64,000 bases of DNA, from positions 4,189-68,188 of the forward strand of contig DBQS01000023.1 in the NCBI GenBank assembly GCA_002305355.1. The letters are read 5' to 3'. Under the pieces are notes generated by a model. That model did not search any database. It was not told the origin of the DNA and worked only from the letters and a program-made list of their open reading frames with translations. This document shows positions 19,265 through 30,056 of this stretch, piece after piece (positions within the stretch are counted from its first letter, which is position 1; each line of letters begins with the position of its first letter). The position numbers and the translations under genes are program-made. This DNA is from Patescibacteria group bacterium UBA1388 (GTDB lineage: Bacteria > Patescibacteriota > Microgenomatia > UBA1400 > PJMF01).

Positions 19265-20326
19265 TTAGGCAATGTGGAGTCCCTCATTCTCAGTATCGGC
19301 ATTGATGATTGCTTGTGCCACGCCAAGTATAAAACAAATGGCAATGATTGAACTTCCACCATAAGAAATCAGGGGCAATGTAATTCCTGTGATGGGGAGC
19401 AAGCCAATATTCATGTTTACGTTCACGGTTGCCTGAATGAATAATAACAGGCCTGCAAGGGTGAGAAATAACCGGCCATAATGATCCGATACGTGATTAG
19501 TCATAAAAAAGAGATAGCTAATTAAAGTTGTGAGTAAGACTAGCACGATTGATGAACCAATTAACCCATATTCTTCAGCAAGCGAAGCAAAAATAAAATC
19601 GGTATGTTTTTCTGGTAAAAAATGAAGCTGAGACTGCACTCCCTCACCTAAACCACGACCAAAAATTCTGCCAGACCCAACGGCAATCAAGGCTTGATTT
19701 GCGTTGTAACTCGCACCATCTTGGGAGGAACTTGAGGAAACGAAGGAAGTTATCCGTGATTTTTGATAAGGTTGCAAAAGTGTTAACCAGCCCAATAGTG
19801 AGACACTTACTATAATGAGCGATAGGTTGACTAGGATTTTTGCGCTTATGTTGGAAAATAATAACAAACTACCAAGTACCACCAGATAAATTACCGTAGT
19901 TCCAAGATCTGGCTCAATCAAAATTAATCCCGCGGGTGGGAGCAGCCATAAAAAAAATACTCCCGTTCGAGCTAGTGTCATTCGACTATGACTGACTAAT
20001 TTGATCAATACCAGACTGACGAGAGGAATGGCAAATTGAGACGGTTGAATATTAAACCAATCCCCAACTGGAATCCAGCGGGCGGTACCACGAGTGGGGT
20101 CAAGAAATAAAGGAACTACCAACATCAAGCAAGTAGCTAGATAAATCAGCACACGGTTATGCATCAGGGTTTCGAAATTGATTTGGGATGCGGCAAAAAA
20201 AACTATTGCGCCCACTAGAAAAAAAACCATTTGTCTGCCAGCCAAGTCTGGGGCAATGCTCGTCAAAGTGACCACACTGAATACGACATCCAAACCAATA
20301 AGACTAGGTAAAAACCATCTACGCAT
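19265..20326 (-). CDS. rodA: SEDS family peptidoglycan glycosyltransferase RodA
   Basis: IQPSQFA, EPDLGT, LPEKHTDFIFA, TGITLPLISYGGSS. Confidence 0.9.
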   Translation of the reverse strand: MRRWFLPSLIGLDVVFSVVTLTSIAPDLAGRQMVFFLVGAIVFFAASQINFETLMHNRVLIYLATCLMLVVPLFLDPTRGTARWIPVGDWFNIQPSQFAIPLVSLVLIKLVSHSRMTLARTGVFFLWLLPPAGLILIEPDLGTTVIYLVVLGSLLLFSNISAKILVNLSLIIVSVSLLGWLTLLQPYQKSRITSFVSSSSSQDGASYNANQALIAVGSGRIFGRGLGEGVQSQLHFLPEKHTDFIFASLAEEYGLIGSSIVLVLLTTLISYLFFMTNHVSDHYGRLFLTLAGLLLFIQATVNVNMNIGLLPITGITLPLISYGGSSIIAICFILGVAQAIINADTENEGLHIA

Positions 20327-20350
20327 AGCGTCTAGTGTAGCGCATCATGA

Positions 20351-23224
20351 CTACTTTTTAATATTCAGCTGAGGTAGGTTATCTGGCAGTGTTTTGTCAA
20401 TGTTCAGGGTAGAGTTAGTCTTTGACTCGATTTCCCCTTGCCACCCTCTTGGAATTTTAGCAACTAATATGATGGCCTGGTCACCTACAGTTAAACCACT
20501 TTGTTTACGTAGTTTTTGAATGTTGCGAATTAGTTCTCTAGCATCTCCCTCTGCCAACAATGCTGGTGATAATGTTGTGTCCAGTTTTACAGTCAAAGAT
20601 TGATCACCTTGAGCACTATTTTTCCAGACCACGGTCTTTACATTCACTTCTTCCTGCAAGACTTGGATGAGTTCCTGCCTTGGTTGAGGATGGGGAGAGA
20701 AAATGGTGACAGCGGGTAGTGGTTGTCTAATTTTGATAGCTACCTCTGCTCTTTTGGCTAAGACAAGTTCCACAACTTTACGCAGCACGGTCATCTCTGT
20801 TTCAAGATTTTCATCAATTAGGTGTTGGCTCACTTCCGGCCACTTGGTTAAATGGATACTATTATTTTGATCAACGAGGGAGTGGTAAACATTTTCTGTA
20901 AAAAATGGAATCATTGGAGCAAACAATTGGGCAAGCTGGTAATTAACTAAACCAAAAACATGGAGGGAACGATCTTTGTGCTGACCAATTTTGATTTGTT
21001 CTCTACTCCGTCGTAAATACCAAGTGGAAAGTTCATTCACAAACTCAATCATGCTTCGGCTAGCAGTGACAACGTCATAAGCATCCATGGCAGTAGTGAC
21101 AGTTTGAATTAAAGAATTAATCCTGCTTAAAATCCAGCGATCCATGACTGTTGCCGGCTGAGGTAACTGATCAAGATTGACGGACAAATCGCCCGCGTAG
21201 AGTCGATAAAATACCACGCAGTTCCACCAAATTTGGAGCACACGTTTACGAATTTCATTGACTTCAGCATCGTTAAAATTTATATTTTCACTACGCATCA
21301 CTGGCGAGCTCATTAAATAAAGACGCAAACTATCTGCCCCATACTGGTTGATGATTTGCATGGGGTCGGTGAAGTTCTTTTTCGACTTACTCATTTTGGT
21401 GCCATCGTGGGCCATAATGGTACCTGTGGTGAGAGTATTTTCGACAGCATGTTGGTTGAAAATACCGACACTCATCACATGCATCGTATAAAACCAGGCT
21501 CTAGTTTGGGCAATGTACTCACTTACAAATTGGGCGGGATAAGTGTCTTCAAATTTTTCTTTGTTTTCAAATGGGTAGTGGCGGGAAGCGAAAGGCATGG
21601 CACCAGATTCTACCCAACAGTCAAAAACCTCTGGAATACGATGACCTTTGACTGTTTTTTGATCATCTATCCATATTTCAATTTGATCTACATAATGGCG
21701 GTGTAAATCGGTTAAGTTGGCAACTTGATTAGGATTTACGGCCCAAGTTTTTAGTTCCTCAATTGAACCAATCACTCGGTATACAGTTTGGTCATCAACT
21801 TCTGCAGTCCAAATCGGCATCGGTGTTCCCCAATATCTAGACCGCGAGATATTCCAATCTGGGGCAGTTATCAAACCCTTACCGAATCGGCCATGCTTAA
21901 GATGTGCCGGAAACCAATTCATTTTTTCATTTTCAGCAAGTAACTTTTTTTTAAGTTTTTGAACATTAATAAACCAAGCCGGTACGGCGTTATAAAATAA
22001 TGGCGTGCCACAGCGGTAACAAAAAGGATAAGAGTGGGTAATCTGTTCGGATTTAAAGAGTAAGTGCCGACTTGTTAAATTTTGGACAATTATGGGATCG
22101 GCGGCTTTATAAAATTTACCGGCGACTAACTTTACGAACGGCAAAAACTTGCCATCATCATCAATGGTTGGCACGAGAGGCAAGTCGGCTTTGAGAGCTA
22201 AACCATAATCGTCTTCACCAAAAAGGGCGGCAGTATGAACGATGCCGGTACCTTCTTCTAAAGAAACAAAGTCTCCAGCCAGGATAGTCCAAGCTTTAGA
22301 TTTGTTACTTTGTACATAATCAAAGGGCGGTTGGTATTTTTTACCTACCAACTCAGCTCCATTGCTGGTGGCAACGATGGTGTAAGTCTTCTTGCCCAGT
22401 ACCGTTTTTACTAGATCAGAGGCTAGCCAATATTTTTCATTTTCAACTTGGACTAGGGAATAATTTGAGTCCGGATGAACAGCTAATCCTACATTGCCTG
22501 GTAAAGTCCAGGGCGTAGTTGTCCAAGCCAAAAAATATTCTTGATCACTAACTTGATTATCTTTGACAACTGGAAATTTGACCACCACCGCCGGATCCTC
22601 AACATTCTGGTAACTATTATCCATTGCGATTTCAAAATTTGAGAGGGGTGTGGCGCAGCGTGGACAATACAACACCACCTTGCGTCCTTGATAGATTAGT
22701 CCTTTTTCGAAGAGTTGTTTAAAACCCCACCAGACAGATTCCATGTAATTGATATCCATCGTCTTGTAATTGTTGGTGAAATCAACCCACCTACCCAAGC
22801 GATGAATTACTTTTTCCCATTCTTTATCCAACCGGAGAACTTCTTGGCGACAAGCTTCATTAAACTTGTCGATACCAAGTTCTTCAATACCTTTTTTGCC
22901 ACCATTAATCTTTAAACTATTTTCAATCATGTTTTCGATGGGTAGACCATGCGTATCCCAACCCCACACCCGTTCTACGCGATAGCCTTTCATCGTCCAA
23001 TAACGAGGGATCACATCTTTACTGGTTGAGCCGAGCAGATGCCCAAAATGAGGCATGCCAGTGGCAAATGGAGGACCATCATAGAAGACGTATTGTTTAT
23101 CTACTGGTCGTTGTTCGACTGATTTTTGAAACGTGTCGTTATCCTGCCAAAACTGGAGGATACTCTCTTCCATTTTGGGAAAATTGACATTTTTTGGTAA
23201 ATCGGCGAGCTTTGACTGATTCAT
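20351..23224 (-). CDS. ileS: Isoleucine--tRNA ligase (type 2)
   Basis: FYDGPPFATGMPHFGH, GWDTHGLP, WTTTPWTL, DWNISRSRYWGTP, KMSKS. Confidence 0.96.
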   Translation of the reverse strand: MNQSKLADLPKNVNFPKMEESILQFWQDNDTFQKSVEQRPVDKQYVFYDGPPFATGMPHFGHLLGSTSKDVIPRYWTMKGYRVERVWGWDTHGLPIENMIENSLKINGGKKGIEELGIDKFNEACRQEVLRLDKEWEKVIHRLGRWVDFTNNYKTMDINYMESVWWGFKQLFEKGLIYQGRKVVLYCPRCATPLSNFEIAMDNSYQNVEDPAVVVKFPVVKDNQVSDQEYFLAWTTTPWTLPGNVGLAVHPDSNYSLVQVENEKYWLASDLVKTVLGKKTYTIVATSNGAELVGKKYQPPFDYVQSNKSKAWTILAGDFVSLEEGTGIVHTAALFGEDDYGLALKADLPLVPTIDDDGKFLPFVKLVAGKFYKAADPIIVQNLTSRHLLFKSEQITHSYPFCYRCGTPLFYNAVPAWFINVQKLKKKLLAENEKMNWFPAHLKHGRFGKGLITAPDWNISRSRYWGTPMPIWTAEVDDQTVYRVIGSIEELKTWAVNPNQVANLTDLHRHYVDQIEIWIDDQKTVKGHRIPEVFDCWVESGAMPFASRHYPFENKEKFEDTYPAQFVSEYIAQTRAWFYTMHVMSVGIFNQHAVENTLTTGTIMAHDGTKMSKSKKNFTDPMQIINQYGADSLRLYLMSSPVMRSENINFNDAEVNEIRKRVLQIWWNCVVFYRLYAGDLSVNLDQLPQPATVMDRWILSRINSLIQTVTTAMDAYDVVTASRSMIEFVNELSTWYLRRSREQIKIGQHKDRSLHVFGLVNYQLAQLFAPMIPFFTENVYHSLVDQNNSIHLTKWPEVSQHLIDENLETEMTVLRKVVELVLAKRAEVAIKIRQPLPAVTIFSPHPQPRQELIQVLQEEVNVKTVVWKNSAQGDQSLTVKLDTTLSPALLAEGDARELIRNIQKLRKQSGLTVGDQAIILVAKIPRGWQGEIESKTNSTLNIDKTLPDNLPQLNIKK

Positions 23225-23292
23225 GGTTAGTATTCTAGATGATGAGACGAGTGATGTGGAGAGGAATTGAAGGACGTGTAAAAACTAGATGA

Positions 23293-24579
23293 CTAACGCT
23301 TTTTTCTTAAAAATGCCGGAATTTCAAATTCATCATCAAAATCTCTAGCCACATCAGGGTTCTTCTTAGATTTTTCTGTTTTATCTGATGCTTGAAGTTG
23401 GTCATCATCAAATTCATCAGATTTGACAAATGGTTTATTGGGTGCTGAAATTTCTGAAGTAGTAAGAGGCTGAGTAAAACCCTGTGGTGTACGATCGATG
23501 AGCGGTTTTTCTGAAGGTTGAGTGGGTGATTTGATATCCTCTTGATAGCGACTGACACGTTTTTGCGAGTCCTGGCCATAAGCCCCGAACATTGACCTTT
23601 TTGAACTGCCATAGCCCATTTGATTCTCACTAAAACCGGTGGCAATCACACTAATTTTAATCCGATTTCCCATTTCTTCGTTAATGGTGGAGCCAAAGAT
23701 AATATTGGCATCTGGGTCGGCTGCATTAGAAATGATGGTGGATGCGTCAGATACTTCAGTCATCGCTAAATCAGGTCCACCAATAATATTAAATAAAATA
23801 CCCCTTGCCCCATCGATGGACACTTCCAAGAGTGGTGAAGCAATTGCCATTCTGGCAGCAGTTGCTGCGCGGTTTTCTCCTGAAGCTTCCCCAATTCCCA
23901 TCAAGGCTGAGCCAGACTCACTCATAATTGTTTTCACATCAGCAAAATCAACGTTAATCAGACCCGGTACTGTAATCAAATCGGAAATTCCCTGTACACC
24001 CTGGCCAAGCACGTTATCTGCCAATCGAAATGCATCAAGCAGTGTCATTTTTTTGTCTACTATATCCATTAAACGTTGGTTGGGAATCACGATTAAGGTA
24101 TCAACTGAGTCTTTCAAGCCTAAAATACCCTCCTCGGCGGTGGACATGCGTTTTGTGCCCTCAAATGCAAACGGTTTGGTTACTACTGCCACCGTGAGAG
24201 CTCCAGCTTCTTTTGCCACCTCAGCAACAATTGGTGAAGCACCAGTGCCAGTGCCGCCGCCCATACCGGCGGTGAGAAAGACCATATCGGTGTCAAATAG
24301 CAAATCTTTTAATTTGTCGTAAGATTCTTCGGCGGCGGCACGACCGACATCTGGATCTGCGCCGGATCCCAAACCTTTGGTAAAATTGCTACCAATCTGC
24401 AGCTTGGTATCAGCTTTTGATGTCAATAACGCTTGAGCATCGGTATTAATGGCGATAAACTCAACGCCTTGAATTTGTCCAGATTCAATCATTGAGTTGA
24501 CAGCATTGCTGCCACCACCACCTATACCCACTACTTTTATTTTTGCGAAAGTAGTGTTTGTTGGTTTGACTAGTGCCAT
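23293..24579 (-). CDS. ftsZ: Cell division protein FtsZ
   Basis: GGGTGTG tubulin motif, NVDFAD, C-terminal EIPAFLRKK. Confidence 0.99.
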   Translation of the reverse strand: MALVKPTNTTFAKIKVVGIGGGGSNAVNSMIESGQIQGVEFIAINTDAQALLTSKADTKLQIGSNFTKGLGSGADPDVGRAAAEESYDKLKDLLFDTDMVFLTAGMGGGTGTGASPIVAEVAKEAGALTVAVVTKPFAFEGTKRMSTAEEGILGLKDSVDTLIVIPNQRLMDIVDKKMTLLDAFRLADNVLGQGVQGISDLITVPGLINVDFADVKTIMSESGSALMGIGEASGENRAATAARMAIASPLLEVSIDGARGILFNIIGGPDLAMTEVSDASTIISNAADPDANIIFGSTINEEMGNRIKISVIATGFSENQMGYGSSKRSMFGAYGQDSQKRVSRYQEDIKSPTQPSEKPLIDRTPQGFTQPLTTSEISAPNKPFVKSDEFDDDQLQASDKTEKSKKNPDVARDFDDEFEIPAFLRKKR

Positions 24580-24660
24580 ATTTACAATCTATTTAGTATG
24601 CTGCAGTGTATCATTTCTTTGCTGAGAATCAATATAGGATGTGATGATGATTGATGTTTT

Positions 24661-25965
24661 TTATGGTAAAAGGGATTTAATAAAATCTGTTACTTTTCTT
24701 ACCCATTGTGATGGCGTAGCCAGCTTAAATTTTGGAAAGCGTAATTTTTGTGATACTGTGGTCCCACCATGCTCTTTACCGTAAAATAACAACCCAATGC
24801 TAGTAGCGAATGCGGGTTTTTGAATTTCTGTGGTGAGACCGGAGAGTTCAAATGGCTTGCCAATTCGGGCAGACATTTTAAGTTCTTTGCGGGCAATGGG
24901 TAGCATATCTACCGTTTCAGCTCCGCCGCCGGTGATGACTAGTCCGGCAGGTATTTCTCTAATCAGATCCTGAGCTGCTATTTTTTCAGCAACGAGTGAA
25001 AATATTTCTTGAATACGAGGTGCCATAATATCTTCGACAATTTCTCTCTTAGAGAGAACTTCATCACTATTTGCATCAGAAAAATCTGCCAACTTGATTT
25101 CATCTGCTTTCTTTTTCCGCATGGAAAAATCCTGTTTAGATTCACCTGGATGAGGTTTTAGGGGATGGGCAGCTTCTTGAGATAAGTTTAGTTTAATTTG
25201 TTCTGCGACATCAATACTGACTCTACAGCCCAGGGCAATATCTTGAGTAATATGCCTGGCACCAATGGGGAGAGAAGCCGAATATACTAATGCACCATCA
25301 ACGTAGGCGCAAATTGACGTAGAACCCGCCCCAATATCAACCACTGCTACTCCTAATTCTTTTTCTGTTTCAGATAACACCACCTCTGAAGCTGCCAGTC
25401 CTGAAAAAACAAAACCGCTTACATTGACTCCCAAATCTTCAACACATTTCTCGATATTTTTTAGAGCGGTAGACATCCCAGTTATGATGTGTGCTTCCAG
25501 TTCCAAGCGCACGCCTGTCATGCCAATTGGATCTTTAATGCCGTCTTGAGCGTCGACTTTATAACAATTAGGAATCACATGAATAATTTCTTTGTCTGAG
25601 GGGAGTGAAATTGCTCGCGCCGCTTCGATCACACGCTCAACATCCACAGGTACGATTTCTTGATCTGGGGAAGATACTGCTACTACACCTTTGGAGTTAA
25701 ATGAGGCGATATGTGTGCCTGCCACAGACAAGTAAGCTTCTTTAATTTCCAATCCAGCCATTCTCTCTGCTCCGTCAAGACTTTCGTTAATTGTTTCTAA
25801 GACTTGTTCGAGGTCGATAATCTGGCTGCGACGCATACCTTTGGAAGCCACAGTACTAACCCCCAAAACTTGAGGTGCACTTTTATCGCCTTCAACCTTG
25901 GCAATCAAAGTCACGCACTTATCAGTACCCAAGTCAATACCTGTGATAATTTGTTGTTTACTCAT
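24661..25965 (-). CDS. ftsA: Cell division protein FtsA
   Basis: GIDLGT, DPIGMTGVRLE, VDIGAGST, VITGGGA. ATG 25965 preferred over the track start. Confidence 0.96.
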   Translation of the reverse strand: MSKQQIITGIDLGTDKCVTLIAKVEGDKSAPQVLGVSTVASKGMRRSQIIDLEQVLETINESLDGAERMAGLEIKEAYLSVAGTHIASFNSKGVVAVSSPDQEIVPVDVERVIEAARAISLPSDKEIIHVIPNCYKVDAQDGIKDPIGMTGVRLELEAHIITGMSTALKNIEKCVEDLGVNVSGFVFSGLAASEVVLSETEKELGVAVVDIGAGSTSICAYVDGALVYSASLPIGARHITQDIALGCRVSIDVAEQIKLNLSQEAAHPLKPHPGESKQDFSMRKKKADEIKLADFSDANSDEVLSKREIVEDIMAPRIQEIFSLVAEKIAAQDLIREIPAGLVITGGGAETVDMLPIARKELKMSARIGKPFELSGLTTEIQKPAFATSIGLLFYGKEHGGTTVSQKLRFPKFKLATPSQWVRKVTDFIKSLLP

Positions 25966-25990
25966 AGCGACTCTCAATAGCATACCAGAC

Positions 25991-26770
25991 TCACGGTGAT
26001 GTGCGAAGTACTGGCAACTCAAAGCGCAAATCAACTTCTTGTTTGTGTTGTGAGATGGTTTGATATTCAGGAGCATTTATCAACACAGACAATTGCTGGA
26101 GTTGTTTGTTTGTTTCTAAGCTATCAATCATAAATATTTCCTGGTGATGATTTAACTTGAGTTCGATTGTTAATTCATCATGCCACTTTATTTGTTCTAA
26201 ATTCAAGTCGAGTTGTTTGGTCAATTGGATGATGTTTTCTAATATTTGATGAACTTGTGACTGAGGTTTTTGCTGTTCAGTCATACTCGTGTGCGGTAAA
26301 TATACTATCGGCAAGCTGTGGTGTGGTTGATGATCAAAGTCAAAAACCAGTCCTCTTTGACTGACGATGAGCATTTGATTATTCTTGGGAGATTGATTGA
26401 GTAATTCAGTAGGTGTCACCACTAGTTGATAAAGAGGAGTTTCTACATCCAGCACCATTTCTAGTCTGTCTGGTAGGAAGATGTGATATTCTGCCAGAGA
26501 AACTGGGTAGAGGGGTGTTAAACTTTGTGTGACGTAAGATTGAAGATCGAGAAAAAATACAGACCGATTCCTAAGATGTGTAAACTGCTCATATATCTCT
26601 TGAGAGCATGGAGTTCGATCCGATAGCTGACAGCCAATGGTGCGAATCACAAAAACCCGATTAAGCAGACTCAGGATGCCGATGAATATTGATAAAGCAG
26701 CAATCGAAACGGCGATTTTTAATCGATCTGGGGAACGAGTGGAGCGACTCTGTCGACGTGATTTAGCCAT
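25991..26770 (-). CDS. FtsQ/DivIB-like protein
   Basis: Basic N-terminus, one TM, C-terminal VDLRF; located between murG and ftsA. Confidence 0.7.
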   Translation of the reverse strand: MAKSRRQSRSTRSPDRLKIAVSIAALSIFIGILSLLNRVFVIRTIGCQLSDRTPCSQEIYEQFTHLRNRSVFFLDLQSYVTQSLTPLYPVSLAEYHIFLPDRLEMVLDVETPLYQLVVTPTELLNQSPKNNQMLIVSQRGLVFDFDHQPHHSLPIVYLPHTSMTEQQKPQSQVHQILENIIQLTKQLDLNLEQIKWHDELTIELKLNHHQEIFMIDSLETNKQLQQLSVLINAPEYQTISQHKQEVDLRFELPVLRTSP

Positions 26771-26772
26771 GT

Positions 26773-27897
26773 CTACTTTTTAACAGCAACAGCCTGAATT
26801 AATTCCCAAAGTTGTTGATCAGCGTCACGAATCACTGTTAATTGTGCTAACTTTTGTCGACAAGCTTTGTATCTGCGATTAATGTAAGCAATGGCATCAA
26901 GCAATACTTCCCCTGATAATTGTTTCTGGTGAATGAGCAACGCCCCGCCGGTATCAACTAAATTTTGGGCATTTTTTTCTTGTTCATGATGATGCGCAAA
27001 GGGAAGAGGAATCAACACGGCGGGTATGGAGAAGTAAATTAATTCATAAGTAGTGTTTGCTCCCGCTCTTGAAACAACCAAGCGCGCGTGTTTGTATATC
27101 CAGCTTAATTCTTCTGTTGTCACCCATTCTTTGACTGTGTATCGAGATTTTTTTGAAATTGGTAATTGATTTTTCGCTTGCTCTAGCTCAGTCAAGTAAC
27201 TTCTCTGATTGGATTGGGCACCACATTGATGGATGATTTGCCAGTTTTTTGTGAGTTCGGGCAAAATATTTTTGATGGTCATGTTAATCACCTCAGATCC
27301 CTGACTACCGCCTGTGATATATAATAGGGGGAGGTTGCTATCTGTTTTTAGCCATGGTGGTTTTGAAGGATGCGGATTGAGCAAATCTGATCTTACTAGG
27401 TTACCCGTTAAGACTGTTTTGTGTTTTGGAAAATACTGGGTAGAAGATGGAAAAGAAATCGCAATCCGATTTGCTAAGTGTGCAATAAGTTGGTTGCTAA
27501 TGCCAACTGCTCGAGTTTGTTCGTGAGTTACAATCGGCACACGCAGAATCCAAGCAGCAACTGCTAAAGGTAAAGCTAGATATCCTCCAAAGGAAACAAA
27601 TATGTCAGGGCGCTGATCGGCGATGATGCTTAAAGATTTGATTAGAGATGCAATTAAGACAAATATTTGGGGAATAATTTTGACAGGATGCAGTGATCCC
27701 AGCTTGGCAGCTTTCAACTCAATAAACTTCACATGACGTTTACTCGCTTCTCGTTTTTCTTGAGAAGGCTGCAAATCTATGTCTCGGTTAAATGCTCTCC
27801 CTACCAACACAATTTGTGTTTGAGCAGCATGCTTCCCCACATAATCCATCAGCGCCAAGGCTGGAGTTAGGTGTCCGCCAGAGATGAGGATCTTCAT
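26773..27897 (-). CDS. murG: Lipid II GlcNAc transferase MurG
   Basis: GGHLTPA, FGGY, HEQ, TGN, GGSQGS, SRAGA, EQEKNA. Confidence 0.95.
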   Translation of the reverse strand: MKILISGGHLTPALALMDYVGKHAAQTQIVLVGRAFNRDIDLQPSQEKREASKRHVKFIELKAAKLGSLHPVKIIPQIFVLIASLIKSLSIIADQRPDIFVSFGGYLALPLAVAAWILRVPIVTHEQTRAVGISNQLIAHLANRIAISFPSSTQYFPKHKTVLTGNLVRSDLLNPHPSKPPWLKTDSNLPLLYITGGSQGSEVINMTIKNILPELTKNWQIIHQCGAQSNQRSYLTELEQAKNQLPISKKSRYTVKEWVTTEELSWIYKHARLVVSRAGANTTYELIYFSIPAVLIPLPFAHHHEQEKNAQNLVDTGGALLIHQKQLSGEVLLDAIAYINRRYKACRQKLAQLTVIRDADQQLWELIQAVAVKK

Positions 27898-28976
27898 GTT
27901 TGTTTTCCAGTTCTTAAAAGTATTCCTGTGGCAAACAATACCATGATTAAGGATGATCGACCATATGAAATTAAAGGTAAAGGTACACCGGTGAGTGGCA
28001 CTAGTGCCACTACGGCAGATAAATTGAGCAACACCTGCACACTCACCCAGATTACAATGCCTAAACCAAGCAACTTGACTGCTTGTGATTGAGTCGATTG
28101 TTGTACCAGTCGGTACCCAATATAAGCGTAAGCCGCAAATAGTCCGATCAGCAGTGATGAGCCAACAAACCCAATTTCTTCACCAATGATGGCAAAAATC
28201 GAGTCAGTACTTGCTTCCGGTATATAGGCATACTTTTGACTAGAGTTTCCCAGGCCTTGTCCTAGAATACCGCCCCTACCAAGCGCAATGGTGATTTGTC
28301 TAATATGAAAACTCGCCCCAAGCGGATCTGATTCTGGGTTAATGAAGGTCATAATTCTCTGCAACCGATACGATGAGCTTAAAACAGCCAATAATAAAAT
28401 GGGTAAACCAAACAGCGCGATCATACCAATTTGTTTGAGTTCGCCACCGGCAGCAAAATAGAGTCCAATGCCAATACTGAGGATGAGCAATAATGAACCC
28501 ATGTCTGGTTGAAGTAGCAAAATCACTGCCGGTAAACCAAGAATGAAGGCAAAAGACCAGAGCTGGATTTTCTTAGTGAGAAGTGATGCTAGGTATGCAA
28601 TGAGGCTAAATTTGACTATTTCTACAGGTTGAAACGTGACGCCGGCAATAGTAATCCAGCGAGCAGCACCATTTAGAGTCAGACCCACTCCTGGTAAAAA
28701 AACCAAACTCATGAGGAGTAGGCTGAAGATGTAAAAAAGAGGGCTAATTTTTAACCACCAGTGGCTGGGAATGATTAGGCCGCACAATAATGCTATCCAT
28801 CCAATGCCGATACCCCATAATTGTTGCTTAAAAAGATAAAAACGATCACCAAACGTCGTAAGGCTTTCGTTGACGGAAGCTTCGAAGACAAATAATGCTC
28901 CGATTAAAGATAATAAACAGGTAATGAGCAGCAATCCAATTCCCAATTTAGATGGAATTTGTCTCTTTTTCTTCAT
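27894..28976 (-). CDS. ftsW: SEDS family protein FtsW
   Basis: GAARWI, FQPVEIVK, QPDMG, PEASTDSIFAIIGEE, TGVPLPLISYG; dcw position. Confidence 0.93.
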   Translation of the reverse strand: MKKKRQIPSKLGIGLLLITCLLSLIGALFVFEASVNESLTTFGDRFYLFKQQLWGIGIGWIALLCGLIIPSHWWLKISPLFYIFSLLLMSLVFLPGVGLTLNGAARWITIAGVTFQPVEIVKFSLIAYLASLLTKKIQLWSFAFILGLPAVILLLQPDMGSLLLILSIGIGLYFAAGGELKQIGMIALFGLPILLLAVLSSSYRLQRIMTFINPESDPLGASFHIRQITIALGRGGILGQGLGNSSQKYAYIPEASTDSIFAIIGEEIGFVGSSLLIGLFAAYAYIGYRLVQQSTQSQAVKLLGLGIVIWVSVQVLLNLSAVVALVPLTGVPLPLISYGRSSLIMVLFATGILLRTGKQT

Positions 28977-28984
28977 GATTAATG

Positions 28985-30031
28985 CTATTGTAATGAAGTC
29001 AACCACACACCAAACAAAGTCAACAAAATTTGCACTATCCAGGCTCTTTGGACAATCTTTGGTTCTTCCCAACCCATTTTTTGCAAGGTGAGGTGTAAAG
29101 GAGCGGCCGGAATGAGTCGTCGTTTAAAAGTTCTCTTGGCGATTAATTGTGCGAGCGAGCTAGCTACTTCAATCACAAAGATGGCACCAATAATTAAAAG
29201 CCCAAAGCTCTTTCCCAGAAGTAAACCAACTACTGCTAAAGTTGCACCAAAAGCGAGCGAACCAACGTCACCCATAAAGATCCGTGCCGGAAATACATTA
29301 AAATACAGGAATGAGATCAACGAGCCAAGCCAAAGCGCAATAAAAAGCGACAGTGGCACATCAAGAATTGAAGCAGATAGCAACCACAGTCCAAACAAGG
29401 AAATCATCAACACACCAGCGGCTAGGCCATCGAGGCCATCAGTAACATTAACAGCGTTAGCAAATGCCGTAATAGTAAAAGCGGCAAACGGAATATACCA
29501 AATGCCCAAATCAAAAGTTGCAACAAACGGAATGTTAACGATCGAAATACCGAGTGAATTATAAATCATGAGGCTGATAACGAAAGCCAAAATTAGTTCA
29601 AAAAATAGTTTATATTTCATGCTTAAACCAAAAAAACCTTTGGTTTGTAATCTAAAAAATTTCTTGATGTCATCATAAAGTCCTAGAATGGCAAAAGAAA
29701 GAAATGTAAAAAATAAAATATTTACTTCGGCTGTATTATTGGTGTGAACAGAGGTAATCGCGATACCAAAGTATTCAAGTAGTGGCAAAAGAATCGCAAA
29801 TAATATTGAAACTACTGTAATGACTAGCAAACCTCCGCCCACTGGCACACCAGCTTTTTGTTTATGAAAGGCATTAAAAATTGGCGTGAGCATGCCAAAA
29901 ACATCTCGAGTTTCTTGTTTAGCTCTCTGAAACTTAAGATAGTAAAGCATATTGATAAATGGCACAATCACGGCCGAAGTAATTGCAAATGAAAAAAGTA
30001 AAACACCCAGTAAAATTGCTAACGAATTCAT
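28985..30031 (-). CDS. mraY: Phospho-N-acetylmuramoyl-pentapeptide transferase
   Basis: GLYDD, NAVNVTDGLDGL, FMGDVGS, APLH. Confidence 0.95.
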   Translation of the reverse strand: MNSLAILLGVLLFSFAITSAVIVPFINMLYYLKFQRAKQETRDVFGMLTPIFNAFHKQKAGVPVGGGLLVITVVSILFAILLPLLEYFGIAITSVHTNNTAEVNILFFTFLSFAILGLYDDIKKFFRLQTKGFFGLSMKYKLFFELILAFVISLMIYNSLGISIVNIPFVATFDLGIWYIPFAAFTITAFANAVNVTDGLDGLAAGVLMISLFGLWLLSASILDVPLSLFIALWLGSLISFLYFNVFPARIFMGDVGSLAFGATLAVVGLLLGKSFGLLIIGAIFVIEVASSLAQLIAKRTFKRRLIPAAPLHLTLQKMGWEEPKIVQRAWIVQILLTLFGVWLTSLQ

Positions 30032-30056
30032 ATTTAATGACCAAATCAGTCACTGA

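Noticed and set aside
20351-23224. Eukaryote/archaea-like IleRS2 (and alpha2 GlyRS) as a novelty
   Set aside because: Both types are well known in bacteria; the HFGH and KMSKS motifs are ordinary. No T-box was seen before ileS.
23639-24322. 227-aa plus-strand ORF (also 29088-29564 and 54410-54739)
   Set aside because: These are antisense to ftsZ, mraY and the ligase gene and are explained by codon bias of the real genes.
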